From positions 16,529 through 80,528 of the forward strand of contig CAZTVS010000005.1 of assembly GCA_964617125.1 (NCBI GenBank): 64,000 nt of DNA, written 5' to 3'. Both the position numbers and the translations under genes were made by a program. Below the pieces are notes generated by a model that was given only the letters and a program-made list of their open reading frames with translations, did no database searches and was not told the DNA's origin. Position 1 is the stretch's first letter. The number at the start of each line of letters is the position of its first letter. Origin of the DNA: an uncultured Acidobacteriota bacterium (GTDB lineage Bacteria > Acidobacteriota > UBA6911 > CAINFC01). Positions 43,452 to 54,319 of this stretch are shown here, piece after piece.

Positions 43452-45128
43452 ATGCAGCAAGAACACAGACTCGTCCTAGCACTCGCCTTGTCCGCTCTGG
43501 TTTTGTTCCTGGCCAGAATGTACATGACACCCGAACCCCAGAGTGTGCCGGAACCTGTCAAAAAGGAAGAAATCTCCAAAGAAACGGCATCTATCGAAAG
43601 GCCGGTTGTAGCTGCGGAAAAAGCAAAAGAGAGCGGGAGTTCCGGTCCGGAATCTCCGACACCCGTCGCGGCCACGCAGGCCCCGGAAAGGACCATCGCG
43701 ATTCAGGATCCCAAATACCGGATCGTATTACAGAGTCATGGGGCGAGGATCGAGAGCTGGAAATACAAAGAGAGATCCGGAAACGAAATGGAACTCGTCC
43801 TGCAGGACAAACCGAAAGATCTCTACGGACCCCTGGCCGTTATCGGTGGCGACGCGTCCGTCCAAGACAAGATAAACAATGCGATCTACGAAATCAGGGT
43901 GGTAGGACAGCAGGGAGATTCTCTGAAGACCCCGGTGGAACTGGAGTGTTTCTACCAGGAGGGTCCGTTAAAAATCAGTAAGAAAATGGGATTTGCCGAG
44001 TCCTCCTTTGTCGTGGAAACGATCACGGAAGTGGAGTATCAGGGAAAACGGCTGGAAGGACTGAAGTTACGTATTGGTCCGGCGATGGGCGCCTTTGATA
44101 CCCTGTTGAACAAAGCGACCTGGGACACTCAGGGTCTGGCGTATTATAGCAACGGCTCTCTGAACAAACTGCAATACAGCGCGATCGAAACGGAACAGAC
44201 GATGGAGGGAAGTATTCCCTGGGCCGGAATCCAGGACCAGTACTTCGCCATGCTGGCTATATCTCCGGAAGGGAAAAGCCTTCATGGAGGAAAGATCCTA
44301 TCCTGGAAGTATAAAGGCAAGGACATACAGGAGAAGGAGACCGAGTTTAACGTCGGGGCCATCGACATACCGCTTTTTCAGGGAGAAAAGCAAAGGATCT
44401 ATTTCGGTCCCAAGGAAGACCAACAGCTGAAAAGCATCCATCCTGCTCTGGACCAGGTCATAGACTACGGGTGGTTCCGCATCCTGGTGGAGCCGATGCT
44501 CTACGCCTTGCGCTGGATCCATTCTCTCACCCCCAATTACGGGGTGGCTATCATCATCATGACCTTTCTGATCACACTGGTCCTGTTCCCCTTACGCTTT
44601 AAGCAGATCATCTCCATGAAGAAGATGCAGAAAATTCAACCGCAGATGAAAGCGATTCAGGAACGATACAAAAAGGCTAAGAGCAGTGCGGAAGACAGAC
44701 AGAAGATGAATACGGAGATGATGGCTCTTTACAAGCAACACGGGGTCAACCCGGTGGGAGGGTGTCTGCCGCTGCTGATTCAATTTCCTTTCCTCATCGC
44801 CGTCTACAACCTGGTGGGAAATCACTTCAACCTCAGAGGAGCTCCCTTCCTTTTGTGGATACAGAACCTGGCTGCCCCCGATCCCTATTATGTGACCCCG
44901 ATCGTCATGGGCATCACCATGTTTCTCTCGATGAAACTGACCACACCGCCGACGGCAGGCGATCCTATGCAGAACAAGATGATGGCCTGGATGATGCCGG
45001 GTATGATGACATTTTTCTTTTTGGGAATGTCCGCAGGATTGAATGTCTATTTCCTATTCAGTAATATTTTCAGCATCGCCCTGCAAAAGGCGGCCGAACG
45101 ATACATTCCGGCTCTGAAAAATGCATGA
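43452..45128 (+). CDS. yidC: membrane protein insertase YidC
   Basis: N-terminal TM, a periplasmic domain, and a conserved C-terminal five-TM core (…YGVAIIIMTFLITLVLFPL…NPVGGCLPLLIQFPF…). Confidence 0.95.
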   Translation: MQQEHRLVLALALSALVLFLARMYMTPEPQSVPEPVKKEEISKETASIERPVVAAEKAKESGSSGPESPTPVAATQAPERTIAIQDPKYRIVLQSHGARIESWKYKERSGNEMELVLQDKPKDLYGPLAVIGGDASVQDKINNAIYEIRVVGQQGDSLKTPVELECFYQEGPLKISKKMGFAESSFVVETITEVEYQGKRLEGLKLRIGPAMGAFDTLLNKATWDTQGLAYYSNGSLNKLQYSAIETEQTMEGSIPWAGIQDQYFAMLAISPEGKSLHGGKILSWKYKGKDIQEKETEFNVGAIDIPLFQGEKQRIYFGPKEDQQLKSIHPALDQVIDYGWFRILVEPMLYALRWIHSLTPNYGVAIIIMTFLITLVLFPLRFKQIISMKKMQKIQPQMKAIQERYKKAKSSAEDRQKMNTEMMALYKQHGVNPVGGCLPLLIQFPFLIAVYNLVGNHFNLRGAPFLLWIQNLAAPDPYYVTPIVMGITMFLSMKLTTPPTAGDPMQNKMMAWMMPGMMTFFFLGMSAGLNVYFLFSNIFSIALQKAAERYIPALKNA

Positions 45129-45165
45129 AGCAACAACCAAGGACCGATAGCATACGGGTGGAAAA

Positions 45166-45615
45166 GTGAACAATCAACTGGAAGAAATCAAGAAAACAAC
45201 CGAACATCTCTGTCGTTGCATGAAATTCCATGTGGAGGTGGAGTGCGCGCCACAGGAAGAAGGAATACTTGTTAGTTTTAAGGGAAAAGATGCGGAATTC
45301 CTCCTGCTGAAAAACGGAGAGGTATTGAACGCTATGGAATACATCCTGAACCGTATCTTCTCCGAGAAACTGACCAAAGAGAACAAGATTGTCACCGACA
45401 GCCAGAATTTCCGGAAATTCCGGAATGACGAACTGAAGATGATCGCGCAAAAGGCCTCGGAAAAGGTCATGCAGTATGGATCCTCCGTGCAGCTGCAGGC
45501 CATGCCGCCTCACGAAAGAAGGATCATCCATATGGCCTTGAAAGAAAATAGCAAGGTGAAAACCATCAGTGAGGGGGAGGGAGAGGACCGGAAAGTGATC
45601 ATTGAACCGGCTTAA
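45166..45615 (+). CDS. Jag/KhpB-like RNA-binding protein (KH plus R3H domains)
   Basis: GTG start. A C-terminal R3H-like region (…MPPHERRIIHMALKE…). The position after yidC is the conserved synteny. Confidence 0.75.
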   Translation: MNNQLEEIKKTTEHLCRCMKFHVEVECAPQEEGILVSFKGKDAEFLLLKNGEVLNAMEYILNRIFSEKLTKENKIVTDSQNFRKFRNDELKMIAQKASEKVMQYGSSVQLQAMPPHERRIIHMALKENSKVKTISEGEGEDRKVIIEPA

Positions 45616-45642
45616 AGGGAAGTTCTTTACCGCACGCGGGGC

Positions 45643-46041
45643 TCAGGGCAAAAAGGAGCGAAGATAGGATAAAAAGGCCGAATCCGCCTCAGGAAAGGCA
45701 TAATCGGACAATTGTGCGGAGGTAACCCAACGAAAATCATTACACTGGAGAAGTTGCGGTTCTCCCTGCAAACGAACACACTTATAAAAATGGAGGATGA
45801 CACGAAAATCCTCATAGTCGTGGGAAATGGAAGAGATTCGGTTTCCCACGGAAATCTCCAATCCCAGTTCTTCCAGAATCTCACGATGAAGGCACTCCGC
45901 ATGACTCTCGCCCGGATGACACTTACCCCCGGGAAACTCCCACAGCAGAGAACAGTGTGCCTGCGCCAATCGTTGCGTAATCAGAAAACGGCCATCCTCA
46001 AACAGGACGGCCGCGCAAACCTCTACAGATTTCTTCGTCAT
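45643..46041 (-). CDS. Nudix hydrolase (MutT-like 8-oxo-dGTP/CTP pyrophosphohydrolase)
   Basis: Nudix box GGKCHPGESHAECLHREILEELGL. Confidence 0.8.
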   Translation of the reverse strand: MTKKSVEVCAAVLFEDGRFLITQRLAQAHCSLLWEFPGGKCHPGESHAECLHREILEELGLEISVGNRISSISHDYEDFRVILHFYKCVRLQGEPQLLQCNDFRWVTSAQLSDYAFPEADSAFLSYLRSFLP

Positions 46042-46118
46042 ATCGGTTCCCGTCTTTTGTTGCTGCCGACTCCATCATAATGGAAAGTAAAAAGAAATAC
46101 AAAGAAGGCAGATAGGAT

Positions 46119-47492
46119 ATGTTGACGGCCGAGGACACGATTGTGGCCATCGCCACTCCGATGGGAAAAGGCGCCATCAGCATGCTTCGCATCAGTGGAA
46201 GCAAAGCTCTGACCATTGCCGGCGAGTTATTCCAAAGCCAATCGACAGACCGAGAAATACGACCGTTTTTTCCTCACGTAGGAAAATTCTACGATCGCAA
46301 CCATCGCATGCTGGACCAGGTCGTGCTCCTGTACTACCAAAAACCAAAATCCTATACCGGCGAAGACCTGGTGGAGATATGCTGTCATGGGAGTCCGGTA
46401 GTGGCCGCGGAAATTCTCTCGGAGATACAGAAGCAGGGGGCACGCTGTGCCGATCCGGGAGAGTTTAGTCTACGGGCCTTTCTGAATGGGAAGATGGACC
46501 TGACCCAGGCCGAGAGTATACATCAGCTGATCGAAGCACAAACACTGAGGCAGGCGCAGATCGCCGTTACACAGATCGACGGGAGATTAACCGAAACCAT
46601 CGGGAAGATCAAAGAAGCGCTCCTGAAAATCATGGTGGATATGGAGACAGCCCTGGAATTCGAGGAACACGCAGCGCAAAAGGATGCGATGTATGAAACA
46701 GGCGTGCGGCAGATCGAGGAGGAATTGAATCGTCTGGTAAAGTGTTTTGCACAAGGGAACATACTACGAACCGGCAAAAAAATTGCCATCATCGGACGGC
46801 CAAACGTAGGAAAATCGAGTTTATTCAATCAGATAGTGAAGAAAGAAAGAGCTATTGTATATCACCTTCCCGGAACGACGCGCGATAGTATCCATGAAAC
46901 GGTAGAGATGAAGGGTGTACCCGTAACTATAATGGATACAGCGGGATGGAGAGCGACTCGAAACAGGGTGGAACAACAAGGGGTTGAGAGGAGTGCAAGG
47001 GCCATAGAAGAAGCGGATATGGTTCTCCTGGTGATCGACATGGAAAAAGGTGCTTCCAGGACGGAAGCGATGCTAAGGAACAAGGTACTGGCTTTGAACA
47101 AGGACATGATTGTGATTTGGAATAAGATCGATCGCTGTCCCCAGGATGCCAGAAGCCGGGGCAAATCGGACGCATGGGAAGACACCTGTTACCTTTCCGC
47201 CAAAAAGGGAACTGGTATAGATAGTCTGATTACGACCATAGAAAAAAAGATCCTGCCGGAGGAGAGGGGAACGGAGGAGACCATCCTGGTGGGAATACGG
47301 TATCAGGATTGTCTGGAAAGATGCCTGCTTCGTTTGCGAGATGCCGAGGAAAAAATCCGCTACCGCTATTCGGAAGAGTATGTCCTGGCCGATCTGAATG
47401 ACTCTCTGAAAATCCTGGGTGAGATTACCGGAGAGACGGTCACAGAAGAGATATTAGGCAGAATTTTCTCCAAATTCTGTATAGGAAAATAG
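46119..47492 (+). CDS. mnmE: tRNA modification GTPase MnmE
   Basis: N-terminal THF-binding domain, G-domain motifs (GRPNVGKSS, DTAG, NKID) and the C-terminal CIGK. Confidence 0.95.
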   Translation: MLTAEDTIVAIATPMGKGAISMLRISGSKALTIAGELFQSQSTDREIRPFFPHVGKFYDRNHRMLDQVVLLYYQKPKSYTGEDLVEICCHGSPVVAAEILSEIQKQGARCADPGEFSLRAFLNGKMDLTQAESIHQLIEAQTLRQAQIAVTQIDGRLTETIGKIKEALLKIMVDMETALEFEEHAAQKDAMYETGVRQIEEELNRLVKCFAQGNILRTGKKIAIIGRPNVGKSSLFNQIVKKERAIVYHLPGTTRDSIHETVEMKGVPVTIMDTAGWRATRNRVEQQGVERSARAIEEADMVLLVIDMEKGASRTEAMLRNKVLALNKDMIVIWNKIDRCPQDARSRGKSDAWEDTCYLSAKKGTGIDSLITTIEKKILPEERGTEETILVGIRYQDCLERCLLRLRDAEEKIRYRYSEEYVLADLNDSLKILGEITGETVTEEILGRIFSKFCIGK

Positions 47493-47493
47493 G

Positions 47494-49380
47494 GTGTCCA
47501 TAAGAAAAGATCAGTCGGAAGGTGCCTACGAGGTGATCGTTATCGGTGCAGGTCATGCCGGATGCGAGGCTGCCATGGCTGCGGCCAAGACCGGCTGTAA
47601 GACTGCTTTGATCACGATGAATCTCGATCTGATGGCTCAGATGTCGTGCAATCCATCGATCGGTGGGATAGGAAAAGGACACCTGGTATGTGAGATCGAC
47701 GCATTGGGAGGCGTCATGGCGGAGGTGGCCGACAGTGCGGCAATTCAATACCGATTGTTGAATAAGAGCCGGGGACCTGCCGTACAGGCCACACGAATCC
47801 AGGCTGATAAATCGATCTATCGGGCGAGAATGAAACAGCGGCTGGAGAAGGAGGAAAATCTCTTTCTCCTCCAGGGAGAAGTGGTAGACCTGGAAATGGA
47901 AGACGGGAGAGTTACCGGGGTGGAACTGCATGATACCAGGAAAATTCATGCCAGGGCGGTGGTTTTGACTGCCGGAACTTTTCTCAATGGCCTGGTACAT
48001 ATTGGAGAGATGCAGTTTCCAGCGGGAAGATCAGGGGAACCGGCCAGCATCAGGTTATCGCAAAGGCTGAAACAGGTCGGTCTGCAACCGGTCAGATTGA
48101 AAACGGGAACACCGGCAAGGATCGATGGGCGGACCATCGACAGGACGAAAATGGAAATTCAGCATGGAGACGAAAAGCCGGTCTTCTTTTCCAGACGAAC
48201 CAAGGAATGCAGCTTGACCCAGATCCCTTGCTTTCTGACCTATACCAATCAGGAGGTACACAGGATCATACGGGAGAATTTGCACCGCTCGGCCCTATAT
48301 GGTGGTCGGATCGTAGGCATTGGTCCCCGCTATTGCCCCTCCATCGAAGACAAGATTGTGAAATTCCCGGAAAAAGAGAGGCATCAGATCTTCATCGAAC
48401 CGGAAGGACTGACAACCAATGAGGTATATGTAAACGGTCTGTCCACAAGCCTGCCGATCGAGATCCAGGAGAGAATGATACACTCTGTACCCGGTCTGGA
48501 AAGGGCTGTAATCATACGCCCGGCCTACGCCATTGAGTACGATTTTTATCAGCCGAACGAGCTGAAGCTCTCTCTGGAGACAAATCGGATTCAGGGACTA
48601 TTCCACGCGGGACAGGTAAACGGAACAACCGGTTATGAAGAGGCGGCCGCTCAGGGATTGATCGCAGGGATCAATGCAGCCAGATTCAGCAGAAATCAGG
48701 AACCGTATATTCCGGACAGGGAAAACAGCTATATTGGTATTATGCTGCACGATATTACCGGAAAAGGTATCGACGAGCCTTACCGTATGTTCACCTCGAG
48801 ATCGGAATACCGACTGATCATGCGCACGGACAATGCGGATATCAGGCTTTCGGGGGACGCCCATAGGTTAGGTATGATCGGAGCCTCCGAGATAGAAAAA
48901 GTAGAAGAAAAAAAGAAAAAGATAGAACGCTGGAAGGAGCTGCTGAGAACGACACGCGGCAAACAGCTGCTGGAAATACCGGATGTGCAAATTAGCTGGC
49001 CGGAAGGCATATTGCAGCAAAACCTAATGGAAATATTAAAAAGGCCGGAAATACGCATCGAGAATATGTATCCCTTTCTAAAAAGGAACGAGGGGAAAGA
49101 GGATCTGGATGAAGAGACACTCAAGATCGTCGAGATAGAGGTAAAGTACGAAGGGTATGTGGCTAGGCAGGGAAAAGAGGCGGAAAAAAGTAGAAAAATG
49201 CGGGGAATGAACCTGCCGGCAGATATGGACTATGCCAGGATGGATGGTTTATCCAGAGAGATACGGGAAAAACTGGAACGACGGAAGCCGGCCAATCTGA
49301 AGGAGGCCAGCGAAATTCCCGGCGTTACTCCGGCAGCGATCATGATTCTGAGAATTTATCTGGAAATGAGGAAGAAGTGA
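47494..49380 (+). CDS. mnmG: tRNA uridine-5-carboxymethylaminomethyl modification enzyme MnmG (GidA)
   Basis: FAD-binding motif VIVIGAGHAGCEAA. Product is 628 aa. Confidence 0.95.
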   Translation: MSIRKDQSEGAYEVIVIGAGHAGCEAAMAAAKTGCKTALITMNLDLMAQMSCNPSIGGIGKGHLVCEIDALGGVMAEVADSAAIQYRLLNKSRGPAVQATRIQADKSIYRARMKQRLEKEENLFLLQGEVVDLEMEDGRVTGVELHDTRKIHARAVVLTAGTFLNGLVHIGEMQFPAGRSGEPASIRLSQRLKQVGLQPVRLKTGTPARIDGRTIDRTKMEIQHGDEKPVFFSRRTKECSLTQIPCFLTYTNQEVHRIIRENLHRSALYGGRIVGIGPRYCPSIEDKIVKFPEKERHQIFIEPEGLTTNEVYVNGLSTSLPIEIQERMIHSVPGLERAVIIRPAYAIEYDFYQPNELKLSLETNRIQGLFHAGQVNGTTGYEEAAAQGLIAGINAARFSRNQEPYIPDRENSYIGIMLHDITGKGIDEPYRMFTSRSEYRLIMRTDNADIRLSGDAHRLGMIGASEIEKVEEKKKKIERWKELLRTTRGKQLLEIPDVQISWPEGILQQNLMEILKRPEIRIENMYPFLKRNEGKEDLDEETLKIVEIEVKYEGYVARQGKEAEKSRKMRGMNLPADMDYARMDGLSREIREKLERRKPANLKEASEIPGVTPAAIMILRIYLEMRKK

Positions 49381-50021
49381 GCGAGCTGGAAAACATCCTT
49401 AAAGAGGAGGCCAAAAAGATCCCTTTGCCATTACCCGATGGAATTGTCCATAAAATTGTTCGCTACGACAATTTATTGCAGGAATGGAACCAGAGGATCA
49501 ATCTTACGGGATTGAACGATGCCAAAGAAAGAATCATTTGGCTTTACCTGGAATCGTTGTGGGCTGCCTCCCATCTGCAGAAAATAGATCACATCCTCGA
49601 TATAGGAGCGGGATGCGGATTTCCCGGAATGGCCATCCAGTGGTGGCATGATTGCCGGTTAACCATGCTGGAATCCAGAAAAAAGAAATGTGACTTTTTG
49701 CAGGAGGCCATATCTTGCTGCGATATGAGCGGGAGTGAGGTGAAAAACGTTCGATACGAAGGCGATCTTCCTATGCCGCTCAAGGAGAGGGGAGCGGAGA
49801 AGCTACTTTTTTGTTGGCGGGCCGTAAGCCTGGGTACAAAGACGATTCAAAGGATGGCGGGAAGCATGAGAAAAGGGGATGAACTGCTATGTTTTTTCGG
49901 AAGAGAGAGCAAGGATTTCCCGATCGTCGAAAAAAGTCCATTTCTTAAGGTAAAACTAAAAAAAGAATTTCCATTATCAAAGCAAAGATATATACTTCAG
50001 ATGATGAAATGTTCCACGTGA
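49377..50021 (+). CDS. rsmG: 16S rRNA (guanine527-N7)-methyltransferase RsmG (GidB)
   Basis: GTG start overlapping the mnmG stop. SAM motif DIGAGCGFPG. Confidence 0.85.
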   Translation: MSELENILKEEAKKIPLPLPDGIVHKIVRYDNLLQEWNQRINLTGLNDAKERIIWLYLESLWAASHLQKIDHILDIGAGCGFPGMAIQWWHDCRLTMLESRKKKCDFLQEAISCCDMSGSEVKNVRYEGDLPMPLKERGAEKLLFCWRAVSLGTKTIQRMAGSMRKGDELLCFFGRESKDFPIVEKSPFLKVKLKKEFPLSKQRYILQMMKCST

Positions 50022-50114
50022 AACAGAGGAAAGAAAAATTGGTTATACTGTTGTTCCACGTGAAACATTCTTGCCAACTCGTTTTCATATTTCAATAATT
50101 CAGGGTTTTGGGTT

Positions 50115-50891
50115 ATGTGCAAAATATATGCAATTGCCAATCAGAAGGGTGGAGTGGGAAAGACGACCACAACCATCAACCTGGGAGCGGCTTTGGCCTC
50201 GGGGGATCACAGTGTGTTGCTGGTCGATACGGATGCACAGGCCAATTGCAGTAGCGGATTAGGCTACAGGAGGACAGGTTCGCAGCCTACTTTATATGAT
50301 CTTCTATTGGACGGGACCTCTGCCAAAGATGTCATCCTGGATACCGATCTTCCCCGTTTGAAGCTTTTACCCTCGGATAAACGGCTGGCGGGAGCCGCGG
50401 TGGAGCTGATGCATGTGGAAGAGCGCGAATTTGTTCTGCGTCAAATTCTGAATGGCCTCCGGGACCAGTTTGAATTCATCCTGATCGATTGCCCCCCGGC
50501 CCTCAATATCCTGACGATCAATGCACTGGTGGCGGCAGACGGGGTTCTGGTTCCGATTCAAAGCGAGTACATGGCCCTGGAGGGCGTCTCCGATCTTCTC
50601 GATACGGTGGAAAGGGTCAGGCGAAGGTTCAATACCGGTCTGAAAATTTCCGGTATCGTTGCTACCATGTATGATGAGCGAACGAATTTATCCAATCAGA
50701 TACTCCAGGAGCTGGAGAAACACTTCTCCTCCAAGCTTTTCAAGACGATCATTCCCAGAAATATTCGTCTGGCCGAAGCCCCCAGCTTTGGCAAGCCGGT
50801 AATTCTTTACGATATTCGCTCCAAGGGCGCAGAATCTTATATCAATTTAGCCAAGGAAATGCTGACTCATGAAAAAAAGAGTATTGGGTAG
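50115..50891 (+). CDS. parA: chromosome partitioning ATPase ParA/Soj
   Basis: Deviant Walker A motif KGGVGKTTT. Confidence 0.9.
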   Translation: MCKIYAIANQKGGVGKTTTTINLGAALASGDHSVLLVDTDAQANCSSGLGYRRTGSQPTLYDLLLDGTSAKDVILDTDLPRLKLLPSDKRLAGAAVELMHVEEREFVLRQILNGLRDQFEFILIDCPPALNILTINALVAADGVLVPIQSEYMALEGVSDLLDTVERVRRRFNTGLKISGIVATMYDERTNLSNQILQELEKHFSSKLFKTIIPRNIRLAEAPSFGKPVILYDIRSKGAESYINLAKEMLTHEKKSIG

Positions 50892-51726
50892 GGGACTCGA
50901 TGCCCTGATTCCGGATAGCGATCCTCGCGACGATTCTCCGGAGAAACTGAAAGAGATCGATCTGGATTTGATCGATCCTAATCCGGTTCAGCCCCGGACC
51001 AGAGGCAATTATGGCGATCTGGATGGATTGGTCACATCGATTAAGGAGAGTGGTGTCATCCAGCCGATTCTGGTCCGTAAGATCGGGTCCCGTTATCAAT
51101 TGATTGCCGGGGAAAGAAGATGGACAGCCGCCCAACGGGCCGGCCTGCTGAGAATACCGGCGGTGGTGAAGGAGGTCCCCGACAATCACCTCCTGGAAAT
51201 CGCCTTGGTGGAGAATATCCAACGTCAGGAATTGACGTGCATCGAAGAGGCCTCGGCTTACAGGCAATTAATGGACGAATTGAAGCTGACACAGGAAGAG
51301 GTTGCGGCCAAGGTGGGGAAGGACCGGGCAACGGTGGCTAATATGCTGAGGCTGCTGAAGCTGCCCGATGTCATTCAGGATATGATCCAGGAGGGCAAGC
51401 TGGCCATGGGACATGCCCGTCCTCTGCTCTCCCTGGAATCGAAGACACAGCAGATCAAACTGGCGGAAGAAGCCATCCGTCATGGCCTATCTGCCAGGGC
51501 GGTGGAATCGAAGGTGAATTTGCTGTTAAAGACTATATCTGGAGAACAGGGTGGCAGGAAGAAGAAGGCAAGCGATGCGAATATCGCAGCCGCCATCGAA
51601 GACCTGCGAAAACATTTGGGAACCAAGGTGGAAATGACCGGGTATAAGAAAAAAGGAAAAATCATCCTGCATTATTTTTCGGAAGATGAGTTGGAACGCT
51701 TGTTTGATCAATTGATGGGTCGTTGA
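50869..51726 (+). CDS. parB: chromosome partitioning protein ParB/Spo0J
   Basis: ParB box (IAGERRWTAAQ) and HTH. Confidence 0.9.
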   Translation: MKKRVLGRGLDALIPDSDPRDDSPEKLKEIDLDLIDPNPVQPRTRGNYGDLDGLVTSIKESGVIQPILVRKIGSRYQLIAGERRWTAAQRAGLLRIPAVVKEVPDNHLLEIALVENIQRQELTCIEEASAYRQLMDELKLTQEEVAAKVGKDRATVANMLRLLKLPDVIQDMIQEGKLAMGHARPLLSLESKTQQIKLAEEAIRHGLSARAVESKVNLLLKTISGEQGGRKKKASDANIAAAIEDLRKHLGTKVEMTGYKKKGKIILHYFSEDELERLFDQLMGR

Positions 51727-51776
51727 CGGGTCTTATATGTATCGGGATTATTTCAAGAAAGGTAAGGAACCAAGCC

Positions 51777-52199
51777 ATGCTTATTAAAGGAAAACAGGGA
51801 GACTTGGAAGGATTTTTAGGTCCGAACACAAACTTGAAAGGCGAGCTTCGATTCAAGGAATTTCTACGCATCGACGGCAAGTTCGACGGAATTGTGGAGA
51901 GTGGAGGGACCCTTCAGGTAGGGGAAACCGGACATCTGACCGCCAAGATCAATTCAAAAAACGTGGAAATATCAGGCAAAGTGGAGGGAACCCTGAGAGC
52001 GAGCGGAATGGTCTCCATACTGCATCAGGGGAGGGTGATCGGCGATATCACCACGCCCATCCTGATCGTGGAAGAGGGTGCCCTCCTGGATGGAAAATGC
52101 AACATGCTCAACGTCAAGGAGAACCTGGCCAAGGGCAATCAGGATACTCTGGGTGGAGGAAAGGTTCTGACTTCCCGGCCGGATGAGATCAAAAAATGA
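51777..52199 (+). CDS. bactofilin-family cytoskeletal protein
   Basis: The ATG at 51777 gives MLIKGKQGDLEG…. The DUF583 beta-helix repeat pattern is present (…GELRFKEFLRIDGKFDGIVESGGTLQVGETGHLTAKI…VEISGKVEGTLRASGMVSI…). The ORF track offers an upstream start at 51723. Confidence 0.75.
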   Translation: MLIKGKQGDLEGFLGPNTNLKGELRFKEFLRIDGKFDGIVESGGTLQVGETGHLTAKINSKNVEISGKVEGTLRASGMVSILHQGRVIGDITTPILIVEEGALLDGKCNMLNVKENLAKGNQDTLGGGKVLTSRPDEIKK

Positions 52200-52303
52200 T
52201 GTGCGGTGGATAGGAAAACGGAAGTTTCTCTGTTTTCTTCTTCTACCAGTTTTCTTTTATATCTTTTATATATATTTTTTTTCTTATAGTTATAGGTATT
52301 TAG

Positions 52304-54319
52304 ATGGAATTGTTGCAATCGGAGAAGGTGGATGGTTTGCATTTGCTTACGGAATTTCCCCACCCTTCTTTGGAAGACTGGAGAGAGCTGGTTCGAGCGG
52401 AATCAAAAGGGGACATGATCGAGAAGAGGCTGATAGGCTCGACATGGGAGGGTATCGAACTCCAGCCCATTTACGGGACCTGGTGCGATCGGCCGAGGGA
52501 AAAGGGGGACACTTTCCCCGGTTCTTTTCCTTACCGTCGCGGTACATCGAAGCTTGGTTATCATGATAGATCGTGGGATGTTCTGCAGCAGGTCTATAGT
52601 GAAAATACCGAAGAATTGGCCGATTCCCTGAGCAAGGCAGGCGGGAATGGAGTGACCGGTCTGTATCTGCAGTGCGGAGAACAGGGACAAAAAGAGGAGA
52701 GGCTGAACCGTAATTGCGAATCGGAATGGAAGCGGACCGGAGGCTCCATCTTTTCGGTAAACAATTTCCGTTCGCTCTGCAATAGTGCCGTGGATGCGGA
52801 CCTGGGGCTTTTCTTCTCCCCCCAGTCCGTTTCGCTTCCACTGGCCGCCTCCCTGATTGCCGCTCTCCCGGAAGATGAAAAACATGTGATGCCCCTTCGC
52901 GGGTCTCTATCTCTGGACCCGCTGGGTCAGCTGGCCGGCGGGAGGGATTTACCCTGTTCTCTTCCGGCCGTGTATGATCAGTTGGCCTCTCTTCTCGGAA
53001 AGGCTGCTGCCATAGCTCCTTCTCTGAAAGTGCTTTGCTCCGATTCCGTACCTTATCACGAGAGCGGAGGACATGCGGTCCAGGAATTGGGATTTGCTTT
53101 GGCGACAGCGCTCGATTATCTACGGGAGATGGCTGCTCGTGGTATTTCTTTGGATACGGCTGCCTCGCATCTGATGTTCTCCTATGCCATCGGTCCTTTG
53201 TTTTTTATGGAGGTGGCTAAATTCCGGGCGGCACGCACTCTCTGGGCCAAGGTCGTACGGGCCGCCGGAGCGGGCCTCGAATCGGGAAAGGCGGATATCC
53301 TGGCCCGGACTTCCCGGCGTAATCGCACATCCTGCGGCGTGCATAATAACATTCTTCGCGGCACGGTGGAGGCTTTTGCCGCCATCGTCGGGGGGGTGAA
53401 TCATATGCTGGTAGGCGGTTTCGACGAGACAAACGGGACATCCGGCGATTTTGCCGCCGGCATCGCCCGGAACACGCAGTTGATCCTGCGTGAGGAGAGC
53501 CATCTCGATCATGTCACCGATCCTGCCGGCGGGTCCTGGTATGTGGAATCGCTTACCGATGAATTGGCCAGGAAGGCCTGGAAGCTGTTTCAGCTGATCG
53601 AAGAAGAAGGGGGGATGTATTCGGCCCTGCAGAAAGGGATCCCTCAGAAGATGATCGCGGAGACGGCCTCGCAAAGGAAGGCCGCCATGGGAAAACGGCG
53701 TGAGGTGCTGGTTGGTGTCTCCCGCTATTGCCAGGAAACGGAAACAAGGGTATCGGAGAACCTTTCTCCATCCCGGACAGAGGAACAAAAGGATTTTGCA
53801 CGGCAAGCCGACTCTGCCGTAAACCAGCCGACTACCCGCCTCGATGAGGTGTTGGTACCCTTGCGCCTGGCCGAACCGTTTGAAAACCTGCGCCTGGCCA
53901 TGGACCGATTCCGGCAGAAGGAGGGGAAGGAGCCCCAGGTCCTTTTGGCTTGTTTCGGATCATTCGATACCTATAAACCTCGTATGGAATTTTCCCGGGA
54001 ATTCTTTTCCCTGGCAGGATTTTCTGTCAAAGCTGGCGAAGGTTGTTCCGACACCGAGGAGGCTGCCCGTCGGCTTTCGCAAGAGGCGGCGGCCCTGATT
54101 GTCCTCTGCTCTTCGGATGACCTCTATCCGCATTGGGTTCCCGCCTTTACCGCAAAATGGAAATCGCTAAAACCGGACATTCCGGTACTATTGGCCGGAT
54201 ATCCTCAGGATCACCTGGAGGCGTTTCGTTCCTCCGGAGTGGACGACTTTATCCATATCCGTTCGAACGTATTGGAAACTCTAACCGTCTGGATGAAGAA
54301 ACTGGGGATTCTGGCATGA
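52304..54319 (+). CDS. mutA: methylmalonyl-CoA mutase small (beta) subunit
   Basis: 671 aa with an MCM-like fold but no B12-binding DxHxxG. Its stop overlaps the mutB start (ATGA). Confidence 0.8.
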   Translation: MELLQSEKVDGLHLLTEFPHPSLEDWRELVRAESKGDMIEKRLIGSTWEGIELQPIYGTWCDRPREKGDTFPGSFPYRRGTSKLGYHDRSWDVLQQVYSENTEELADSLSKAGGNGVTGLYLQCGEQGQKEERLNRNCESEWKRTGGSIFSVNNFRSLCNSAVDADLGLFFSPQSVSLPLAASLIAALPEDEKHVMPLRGSLSLDPLGQLAGGRDLPCSLPAVYDQLASLLGKAAAIAPSLKVLCSDSVPYHESGGHAVQELGFALATALDYLREMAARGISLDTAASHLMFSYAIGPLFFMEVAKFRAARTLWAKVVRAAGAGLESGKADILARTSRRNRTSCGVHNNILRGTVEAFAAIVGGVNHMLVGGFDETNGTSGDFAAGIARNTQLILREESHLDHVTDPAGGSWYVESLTDELARKAWKLFQLIEEEGGMYSALQKGIPQKMIAETASQRKAAMGKRREVLVGVSRYCQETETRVSENLSPSRTEEQKDFARQADSAVNQPTTRLDEVLVPLRLAEPFENLRLAMDRFRQKEGKEPQVLLACFGSFDTYKPRMEFSREFFSLAGFSVKAGEGCSDTEEAARRLSQEAAALIVLCSSDDLYPHWVPAFTAKWKSLKPDIPVLLAGYPQDHLEAFRSSGVDDFIHIRSNVLETLTVWMKKLGILA

